Source of the DNA: Trichoplax adhaerens
Lineage: Eukaryota > Animalia > Placozoa
Length of the DNA stretch: 64,000 nucleotides
Assembly: GCF_000150275.1 (NCBI RefSeq)
Contig: NW_002060945.1
Span: forward strand, 6,259,246 to 6,323,245
Direction of reading: 5' to 3'
Shown one piece after another: positions 53,501 to 64,000 of the stretch; the first letter of the stretch is position 1, and every line of letters starts with the position of its first letter. The notes below the pieces were generated by a model. That model was given only the letters and a program-made list of their open reading frames with translations. It was not told the DNA's origin and made no database searches. The position numbers and the translations under genes were made by a program.

Positions 53501-56500
53501 TGCCTGTTAATATCGCTAGATTAATAGATAGATGCTGATAGTTGAAGATCTGACTTATGCGATATAGTGAAGATTGGCATGCAATCAAAGTCTTACTATA
53601 TTGTTACTGAGACATTTTATCTCACCAACCATTTCTGATTCTTATTTTTGTATTTTAAGACTCGAATTTTCCGACTAGCTCGCACTTGGCCTGCAATGCG
53701 CTATCTTCTTCGTACACTAATATTCAATATGTCCGCTTTAATCTATGTTAACCTTATGATGGTTATTTTCATCTATATATTTGCTGTGCTTGGACAAAAA
53801 ATGTTCCGTGATGCCTATCGTAAAAAATTTACCGAAATGCCACGGTTCAATTTTGATAATTTTGAAAGTTCTTGTATGATGATTTTTCGTATCATGTGTG
53901 GTGAATGGATACAACCTTTAGGCGTAGCTGTTAAAGCGACGAGTTCTTGGGCAATTGTATTTTTTTTAATGGTTTTTTTGATTGGAAATCTGCTGGTAAG
54001 AAGCAAAACTATGTTATAATCTAATTTTAATAACGAAGTAATTACCGTAGTTGTAGCAGTGATAGATTTTGACAACGATTTTTATATTATCTAATGATTG
54101 TCCTTTCTGGCTATTTTATTGTATGCTTTAGGTATTAAACTTATTCGTCGCTTTAATTCTCAGTACTTTGGAAGATCAATCATTTCAAGAAAAATATAAT
54201 ACTGAAAATGATTCTCACTTAGACCAAAATTTTATGCATCAACTCAAGTCCATATTTACTTCTTCTTGCTGCTTTAAGAAAGAATCAGTCGATGCCAGAC
54301 CATTGGATCTTGAAAGCAATCAAAATCATTATCTTGTGACTGTATTCAATGATAGCGAATCGATGACAGATTCTGACGTTCAAACTGAAACACAGCTGGT
54401 TGAGTTAAGTGATCATAGTAGAAACGGTGATAATATTGGCCGCAGGAATAAATTATTAAAAAGCGATGGACGTGAGATAGATGATGAAATACAAGTACAA
54501 GTATCAGTAGAGCAAAATCTAGTAGATAACAGTATAAAAGTATCCACTGACCAAGCAAGTAACCAAGGCTATAAAGTTGAACATAATAATTCCAATAGCA
54601 AATCATTTCAGACTAATGCAACTATGGCTAAAATAAATAATGAAGGAAGTTATAGGGATGAATTGGAACGCTTTTCCATATTATCTGAATCAGAAACAAG
54701 TTATGCAAATAGGATGACATTGTCATCAGCTGATCTTGATGAATCACCTCAAATCGATGTGGCTAAAGGATATGATAGAATTGAACATCATCTTCATCAA
54801 TCTGAGCAGGAATCTACTCTTATATCGATGATACCCTATAATGAGTCAACGATTACGCCAAAAAAATCCACTATTAATGATACAAAAGAATCAGAAACAT
54901 TTCATGGGCAGGATAATGGCAATCCGAATAACGAAAAGGCTACCAATCCTATATCGAATAACTTGAATACCGCTGGAGAATTTCCATTAACAAATCGATG
55001 CAATAATAGCGAAATCGATATTGGTGATCCCCTATCGTCCACTTTTCATGCTACTACTCATGATAATCCTTTAAAATTACTGGATGAACAATCGAGTGTG
55101 ATAAATCAACATCAATATTGTAATGGAGCAGGAAATAATAATCGATCTGAAAGCCATTTACCCCCAAGCATTCTAAAGCAGTTCGATGCTGATATCTCTG
55201 AAAGAAATACAAACCTCCCTGAGGATAATGCTGCAGCGTCTAATCATCAATCGTCTAATGACAGAAACTGCTCAGTTATTCATACAAATGGCATTGATAA
55301 TTTCACTGCCCGTGATGTATGCCTATCATCTAATTCATGTTTGCTGTTTATATTAAAGAAGACACCACTAATTCAGAGCGTTAAATTGATATTTATCGTT
55401 AACTCATTTTATTGATACTATTTTACTATTTATTTTGATTATAGGGTAATAGCTACACATCGTCTGACGATATCTTTGGCAAGAAAGGGGATATTTCTGT
55501 TAGCCACTGTTTACCCGATTGCATAGGCGAGAAATTTTCCAAATGTATCAAAGTTGATAGCTCTTCGTATCAAGCTTGGATTGCAGCCCGTAAGATGATA
55601 CAAAAGTGGATGACCCATTGGGTTTATAATTTACTTATGATATTATTAATAATGGCTAGCAGCATTTTATTGGTAAATACAATGATTATTTTTATCTTTA
55701 GTATACTTTATTGCAGGAGAATTGGATGGATTTTATTGCTATTTCTATCTTATTCAATACTGATATACCTCGATGACTGTATTTAAAGTTTATACGGTGT
55801 AGGCATAGTATATTAAGACGGATAAGTTGACAATTTGGTAATTTATCTAGGCAATGGAAGATAAGAGGGCGGTTCAAAACCCCCCATATTGGTATAATAT
55901 TCGATTGGCTGAATCAATAGTAACTTTAATATTTATAGTTACAATTATTTTTGAGATTTTTGCTCGTGGTATTTCTCAATATTTTTCTAATGGTTGGAAT
56001 GTGTTGGATTTTACCGTTATCGTGGTAATGATGCTTAGTAGTAAAATTATTTTTCTTATATTCCATACTTGTAGTTAGTTCTATTGTAAACAAATTATTT
56101 AAACTATTTATTAAAACTATTTTTCCTGTATTCTGTGCTTGTCGTTAGTTCTATAGTAACAAATTATTAAAACTATATAGTGGAATTATTTTTCTTGTAT
56201 TCTATTTGTCTTTAGTTTCATCATTAATAAATTATTTAATCTATATACGCGTGTATACTAATAGTTAATACATATTCTTGCAAGTTGATGGTAATACTGA
56301 TATTTTTCCAGATTACTTTGACGGTTAATTTACTTCCACGCAATATTTACCTAATAGCTCGTACTACTAAAGCAATTGGGCCTTTAAGAGTTATACGCCG
56401 CGTGCAAAGTATAAAAGTATGTTTGAACGATTTTACTATTATCACCAAATGATATAAGTAAATTATCAAGAATATCAATAATTAAAAGTGCTTTAATTAA

Positions 56501-59500
56501 TTCTTGCCATTTTAGATGATGTTTTTGGCGATTTTGGAATCTATACCTAAGATTATGAATGTATTTCTCGTGTGCATGGTGTTTTGGTATATCTTTGCAG
56601 TCAGTGGTATCTATTTTTTTGGTGGTAAATTTTTTAGGTGTATATACGTTAGCAACTCCTCATTAGTGGACAGTGCATTAGTGGGTGATAAAGATAGTTG
56701 CAAAGGAAATGATTATAAATGGACAAATTCGTTGATTCACTTTGATGACTTCCCCCAAGCAATAATTTTACTATTTCATGTGGTAAGTTTCCCAATTTTT
56801 TTACTAAAGTATTAAAATCATTTTAAATACATGAGAATTTGCGATATCTAGAACAGAAGTTTTTATATCAAATTAAGTAGAGAGTAATAAAAGATATTAT
56901 GCATAACTTTTTCATGGAGTAACTTAATAAGCTGTTATTTAGATCTTTTGACAAATATCCTAAAATTGAAACTTTTAGCTATACTCGCTCACAATATCGA
57001 ATAAACTTATTATGAATAAAGCATAAGCTGATGTTGATAGTGTCGATTAATGACAGGATAATATTTCTTATGGAAACAGGCAACATTCGATGGATGGAAA
57101 AGAGCATTATACAATGCAGTAGATGCCAGAGGGGTAATGAATACTAATCATTAACTAATGCAGTCCAAATATCTGTCATACATAGAGCTTGAGTCACCGA
57201 TATGTAGGCATTCCATTTAATGACGTATCTCTTAACGGTTCAAATACCTGGATAATTTCATGATTAGATTAATCTTCAACCAGTAACCTATTATAATCCA
57301 GCTGCTCATGGTTACTTTGTGGCATTTATTATCATTGGTGTATTTGTAGCACTAAATTTAATTGTTGGTGTTATTATCGATGGATTTTACGTATCACATC
57401 AAAAGGTAAATGAAAATAATATTTTATTTATCTGTATTAAAGTTAATAGGTTTACTTTTTAAGAAGTTATTGTAATCGTTATTCATAGTCAGTTACGAGT
57501 TCAAGTGCTAATAATGGTTGCGAATAATGTGAACAAAAATTGTTATGATAGTAGTCAGCTAGATTTAAGTAGCTAAAAGAATATTTTTATGTTAGCCTGA
57601 AGAATTGTGGAAAGAAGGTAAGGAAATGGATATTGAATAGAAGCAGAATATTTTTGTATTCTAAAACTATATTTCAAAACCATTTTGATTATATTTAAAG
57701 TACTTTTGGCTTATTTTTATTAGAAGGATTAAATTAAGCTTTACATGATATCGTTAAATTCAGTATGATGATGCTATCTAAGGTAGTTGAGGGTGCATGT
57801 GGTGGTGACATCGCACAAGTTTAAAAATAATTGTAGAGCAAGATCATTACAATATTTTCATCTCATTTCAGCTGGAACGTCAACAAAGTGGTAGTGCTTT
57901 AGAAGCCTATCTGACTGATTCTCAGCGCAGATGGTACCGTATGATGAGAAAGTTGCTCAAAACTAAGCCTAAAAAGAGTATTCCCAGAGGAAATGTAAGA
58001 TTGAAATAAGCTCAAATATTTATGTGTTATACAATCTTACCTTATATGAATATATACCTTGAAGCTGGGTATGCAACAATATCCTTTGAGCCATATCATC
58101 ATTACCTATAATTAATATAATCTGATTGCAATATCTACTAGTAGATAGAATATATCTTGTGTATATGATATTACAATACTGGGCATACTCTCAGCGGGAG
58201 TATGGATGATAATATTTTTGTATCAGATTATTGTTAACATATGTATTGACGAGTCTATGACTTCGAGTAGACCTATTACGGACCATTAAATTCGAATTGG
58301 TTTCTGTCTATTTATTCTAAAGCACCAATGGCAAATTCGGTTAAGAAAATTCGTAGAGAATCCCAAATTCGAAATGACTGTTATTTATATCATCGTTGCT
58401 AATGTTATCGTTATGATGGTGACGCATTATCATGAATCAAATGAAGTTCATGAGGTTTTAGATATCCTTTTCAAGTGTAGATTGACGTAAATTTGAATTT
58501 CCTTATATATCTCGAATAATTTATAAGTAGTTTCTATAATGAGTATGTTGATCAATCGATTTATAAATTAAATAACATGAAGTAAAGTTAATTTGTTTAA
58601 ATAGTCAATACCGCTATAGTTGGTGATATTGATGGCTTTCTCCTTGACAGACTGCCTTGTTTTTTAATGGATATCTACTAGGCTTCAATTATTTCTTTAC
58701 TATTTTCTACGTAATTGAAGCTGTACTGAAGATTATAGTATTCCGTTTATATTATTTTAAAGATGCTTGGAATCTATTTGACTTTGCTGTTGTTATCTTG
58801 TCAATATCAGGTATGATTCCTCACTTTTGTTATTCGTTAGTACTTTTACTATTCGCAATAAGATTTTTATCGGACATATATGAATGTAGAAAGCTGGCTA
58901 GTATGTATATATTGGTATTGAAAAATTAACTATTATTACATTTAAAATACTATATTACTAATAGTGTAATTTCTGTTAGCCCAGCCAATAATGAACTATA
59001 TGAATAAGTAAATGATTGTTCCAATTTTATCCATTCGATAATGCTACATTATGAATGATTTAAAAACTAAAATTCTTTAGCATCATGAAGTAATAATTGT
59101 GATTGATATTGAATAGGCCTTGTCTTCGAAATCTTGACCAGAGCAAATATTATTAGTACCACGGCTAATACAACTATTAATCCCAGTACTATTCGAATTT
59201 TGCGCATCTTTCGAATTGTGCGAATTCTACGGCTAGTTCAATACGCACAAGGAATACGTCGCTTACTTATTTCCTTAGCTATGTCAGCACCAGCTCTTTT
59301 AAATATTGGCATGTTAACCTTTTTAGTTATCTTTATCTACGCTGTCCTTGGCATGTCGGTGTTCTACAACGTTAAGCACACTGGTGTACTTACTAATGTC
59401 TTCAACTTCGACGATTTCTTTAACAGCTTAATTGTGCTATTTCAGTTAATGACAGCAGCTGGTTGGACTGATGTTTCTAGCGCATTATCCATTGAAAGTC

Positions 59501-60231
59501 CAAATTGTAACAGCAACGATACAACAATATCTCCATTCGGTAATTGTGGTAATCGATCTTTATCCCTTTTATTTACATCGTCTTATGTCTACCTAACTTG
59601 GCTGGTTTTATCCAATTTATTTGTCGCTGTTATTTTAAGTAACTATCAAGATGTTGTTGATACAGAAGCGGGTGGTGTTACTGAAATGGATATTGATATT
59701 TTCTACGAAGTATGGGCCAAATATGATACAGAGGCGACACAATTTATTGATTATTCTTCATTATCTCCACTAGTTGCTGATATTAAGCCACCTTTAGGTG
59801 TTCCACAACCGAATAGATATGCTTGTATTGCATTAGATCTACCGTTATATAGGTCTAATCGCTTACATTGTTTAGATATTATTGAAGCACTACTATTTAG
59901 AATAATTGGAAATCCAGCTGATTCAGATGAGGAATTAACAGCTGAATTTGATATATTAATAAGACGTATCAAGAAAAGCTTTCTTAAAAAATTCCCTAGT
60001 CGTGTACCGGCAAATCAAATCAACCGAATTAGTGAATTAGAAAAGGCTAATATTACAGCTGCTATTGTTATTCAACGCGCTTATAGGAAATGGCGATTTA
60101 AGAAAGTTGTTAATGATAGAGTAGAAAGGCATCAATTAGTTTATAGAAATGTAGCCAATAGATGTGAGAAGAAACCCCAGAAAGGCATTCTAAAAAAGAT
60201 TCGCAATGCTCGCAACGTTAATAATGCATAA
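44576..60231 (+). CDS. Voltage-gated sodium channel family alpha subunit (divergent Nav2 type, DEDA filter), paralog B, multi-exon
   Basis: Same architecture as paralog A. Pore loops SQDAWD (48977), CGEWIQ (53903), TFDGWKR (57089), TAAGWTD (59458). Linker [12 protein letters not shown]; IQ motif VIQRAYRKW. No frameshift or stop seen in the exons traced. Confidence 0.93.
45825..46356 (+). other. U12-type GT-AG intron (Nav paralog B, position equivalent to 29154-29887)
   Basis: 5' GTATCCTTT, branch-like TTTTCCTTAAA at about 46334-46344, AG at 46355-46356. Splicing restores [20 protein letters not shown]. Confidence 0.88.
51700..52088. repeat. Degenerate tandem repeat, 3 units of about 125 bp, in a Nav B intron
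   Basis: Recurring TTTCTTCAACG..TTTTATGA..CTAATTGAT..TTTGACG..AATTTCATGATAA. Confidence 0.8.
52560..53350. repeat. Degenerate tandem repeat, about 7 units of 110-117 bp, in the Nav B DII-S4 intron
   Basis: Recurring GTAGGTTAGATTGTTAGGTA..GTACTTAT..AAATTTGCCTGTGG.GCACTCTCAAAATAGATTATG. Confidence 0.88.
58462..58678 (+). other. U12-type AT-AC intron (Nav paralog B, DIV S1-S2)
   Basis: 5' ATATCCTTT, branch site TCCTTGAC at 58641-58648. AC at 58677-58678 gives [17 protein letters not shown], colinear with paralog A. Confidence 0.85.
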
Positions 60232-63164
60232 AGTAAGGGATTACTCTCTGCTGGTCTATTCAGGATACGAGTATCTGTATAGATATATAGCATATCATAG
60301 AAAATAATACTATAATGATTTTAAGGATGAGATAGCTTTACTTATGACAAGTAATATCTACTACGGTAGTATTATAAGGCAATATGTAGTAATTATTTTA
60401 TTTAAATAATCTACGGGTATATTCAACCATAAAAAGAAATTTCAATTACTAAATCAATTTTCTATAGTTCTTTAGTTATTACATACTGGTCGATGTCGTA
60501 CATAATATTTGATTAAAATAATCTATATCATTGCAGTAGATGTGGCAGCAATTATAACTGCGTCTGGCTATGAATTTATTTATGAATCATAACTGTTGCA
60601 TAATTTCCTTACTAAAATGGAGTGCATATCTATGATAGAGAGTCTCAAAATAATGTAACAAGATAACAAGCACCTTATCTATTTTAAACTTTACTAAATT
60701 GTGTAAAATTAGTTTGGGTATCAAATTATCAAGGACTATCTATCTTTAGTCTAAAACTGTTTTACTGTCCAATATTTTGCAACAGAGTCTACCCGTGGTA
60801 AGTAATATAAGTGTCTCTGCAAAACTTCTGCCTTCCTACCGTGAATATCATCTATAAATAGATGCCTCTTGTAATCTCACAATTTAGTCTACGACTTTAG
60901 CAATTCTACTTAAAATTATAACCTCAATCTTTAACTATTTTTAAAGCTGCACTTTAATATCATTTCATGAATATGTGCTATGTTTGTGTATTATGAATAA
61001 TTTATGCGTCTCCGTTGGGATCAACATAATTTATGTGTTTCTTTGGCAATTCTGTGGAACAATGATCTAAGTATATTATTTAATGGCCGGCTAGATTGTA
61101 TTCCCAAGTTTGTTTGAGCTTTACTTGGTATTTTCCATTGCTTTATGATCAATAAAATTCATCACATCTTGATTTGAAATTTTAATGATTGATATATAAG
61201 CTAGTCTTTTCACAGTAATAAAAGATACTATCACCTACTTATACTTGTATACTTAAACTCTTATATTAGTGATGAGGCTTTCAATCCTCTTATACTGTGA
61301 TATAGATAGTTGTTGTAGACCTGTTAAAACTTCCAAGGTATTCTCTTACTGATAGTATTGAGATTGTAGCTCTAAATCAGATAGACGTTTAAAAATGCTA
61401 TAGAATCACCTGATGACATGCCAGAACATGACAAGATTGCTGATATAGACGTTACTGAAATTTAGTAAAATGACCTTATTCCGGCAGATCTAATCTATAG
61501 ATAGAATAATTAATTTTCCAAACTGATTATTCTAACTTGCTCAATTAACTGTACATATGGCTGATAGTATAATACTGGACAAACAAAGTCCGGATAGCAA
61601 TGCCGTATCATGAAATACTAAATTTCTACACCATAGAAATTGAATAGTCCATGGCTGTAACCTCAGAGGCACATCACAAATAAGAATCTTACAGAGGGAA
61701 AATTGGATTAGAAGATGAGCGTCACTTAGTTAATTAGTTATTAGTTTTTGCTAATTGCATTGAATTTTGATAATAGGTGCTCGTATGTAACATATAAACT
61801 GTTTCCTGAAGATTCATAATACATCCTTAGCTCATACTATTAAACTGATCCATTCCGCATGTAAGAATGTAAGAATTATATGCGCCATGATTATTTCACT
61901 TTGATCATTTCGATCCATGGACTAAGCAAAAATTTCCGGCATTAAATTGGAGATATTAGCTAAAATCACCGTCCAAATAGAACCAATATAATACAGCCAA
62001 AAAATGAACGACATGTCTAATATGTAGGCGAGATCAAAATTTTTTCAAGCTCTTCTATATTTTTAAGAGAACACTTTCATTAAATGTTTTAATTATTGTA
62101 ACGGTATTCTATTCTTCAGTTGCAATTTATTTATCAGACAGATACCCATAAGGCAGGTAAAAATTTTCATTATTTCAAGCTAATTCGATCTAAAATAATC
62201 TAATAATCTTGACATATGGCTTACTAAACCCTTATTTAGCAGTTGTTGCATGGAGTTATATTGTGTACTATAATTGGAATTTGGTATTACACAAGATAAG
62301 ATTGAGAACTCATATCTACATTAACATCAGTTAAAATATTCATTTTAGAAATTCTAGGGAATAATTTCCAAAATACTAAAGTAAATCCATTTCGTTGGAA
62401 GGATTTGCTAGTTCAGGTTGTAATTGAACTTCTAAAGCATATTTTAGTAATTACCCACGTTAAATTGATTTTTATCACTACTAGAAATTATTTTTGAAGT
62501 CACAAAATATTCTATGCAACATTTTCTAGGGGTCAATAAATTCCTAGGCGTATAATGTGTCATCCATAAGTATAGTTTTGAATAGAACGTATAATTTTGA
62601 TCATCTATAAATTATATCCATCATAATTATTTATTATGAATAAAATGGTAACAACTTTTGATTAGGACTCGCCGATAATTAATAGAGCCATATGGCCTCG
62701 CCAGAATTGACTAAAATGGTTAGTTTAATCCATTGTATAGCATATAATGATTTAAAGCGGTTATATAATTATCGTTTAAGTGTATTAAAAGGCGTCTGAT
62801 GCTACTAAAATCGAAAAATTTCATAATAATATACTTATTGTATAGTATGCATTGTTCTTAGTGACTTTTGAATGCCATAATTTAATTAGACTATCCTTAT
62901 AGTCGATCATATCCGGTATACGCAGCAAAAAATTTAAATAATAATTTATGGTTATCATAAGAATAACGTAGTTAAGTTGAGCGCTGTACTTGTATGTTGT
63001 ATATTTGTCCAATTTCATATTTGAGAGTTAAATAAACAGTTACGATAGCAGAATCATTTCTATTTAGAATTTGCGATTCTATTGAATATTCTCTTCTTGG
63101 ATGAATTAACTAAAGAAAGCTTGGAATCTTCGTAGATCTAACTTAAGTACTGCAAGTCGTAGAA

Positions 63165-63392
63165 ATGGCTTTTTCAAATAGGAATAATGTACGAAGAAAA
63201 TCTACTTATCATATCGATATTAATGCTGATGGAGGCGCTGAAGTCAAATTAAAAGATGTTCAAGCGGTTACAGATGATGACAGTGACATAGAAGTGGTTT
63301 CTACCGATGAAAATTCTCGTCGATATCGCATTTTGGAAGAAAGTCAACTTATCGGCAAATATGTTGTCGATTTTGACGAAACGCAGGACAAT
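63165..63392 (+). CDS. First coding exon of a probable third tandem Nav paralog (continues beyond the window)
   Basis: Ends LIGKYVVDFDETQDN|GTAAGT, homologous in sequence and phase-0 donor to [15 protein letters not shown]|GT (paralog A) and [15 protein letters not shown]|GT (paralog B). Confidence 0.78.
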
Positions 63393-64000
63393 GTAAGTAC
63401 AACGAATAGAATAGGTTATATTTACTTTTCTTTTACGTTATCTTTATACTGCCTTAATTGCTACAATCATTATAATTGATTCGAATTCTATTTTATTAAG
63501 CCGATTATCATCTAACTTATCTTTTTGATCGTTCCGATAGCTTCTACACCTTTAATATTAGCATCGCTTCAGTTTATTTTCACCTCCAAACAGTGTACAA
63601 TATTGAAAGTAGTGTTATACTGATTACTACAAGAATATAATTCAGTAGTTTAGTATGACTTTGTCACATTTTAAGTCAAACACGTGCTGTTAGCCTTTAA
63701 TTATTGGAAAAAAACTAATATAAATTGGCCTATAATAAGCAAAAATTTAATTTACGCGTAAAATTTCACTTTCTTGTAATTCAGAGTCAGTACGGACTAT
63801 TTCTTTCTACCTGCAAGTTCCAAATAAACTAAATTTCTCTCTTAATATGGTCTTTACGTCAAAATTGTAATTCTTATCAAAGTCTAGATGTTATGGTACA
63901 TAGGTAGAATATAGATATTTGTGCGTGTCCTAGTAAAACATACGTTACTCTTAGATATCCTACCAGGTTATGATAAGTTCTTATCGTATTGTTATAAACT

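Noticed and set aside
58079-58087. Extra ATATCCTTT inside a U2 intron of Nav B
   Set aside because: No exon precedes it; plausible by chance in AT-rich DNA.

Overview
AT-rich, intron-containing animal genomic DNA. Gene content, short introns and a tandem array of Nav2-type channels suggest a placozoan (Trichoplax-like) genome; this taxonomic call is inference. Genes reconstructed by hand across splice sites, in order: (1) a secreted peroxidasin-type heme peroxidase lacking LRR/Ig modules (+, 3020-5313); (2) a NUDT15-like Nudix hydrolase (-, about 5963-6762, largely missed by the ORF track); (3) a Lines/LINS1 homolog (+); (4) CEP120 (+, 13364-19863); (5) ribosomal protein eL42/RPL36A (-, 20350-22088), hosting a box C/D U38-like snoRNA; (6) two complete four-domain voltage-gated Na-channel family genes plus exon 1 of a third, all head-to-tail on +. 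Main findings: the Nav paralogs differ in selectivity filter (DEEA vs DEDA), outer-pore charge and S4 charge. They share two minor-spliceosome (U12) introns; one is AT-AC in one paralog and GT-AG in the other, and the second has an unusually distant branch site in both. eL42 has lost two of its four Zn-ligand cysteines. The peroxidase has lost the heme-linking Glu. An unexplained ~235-nt multi-hairpin element sits between TACAG/CTGTA-rich blocks upstream of RPL36A.
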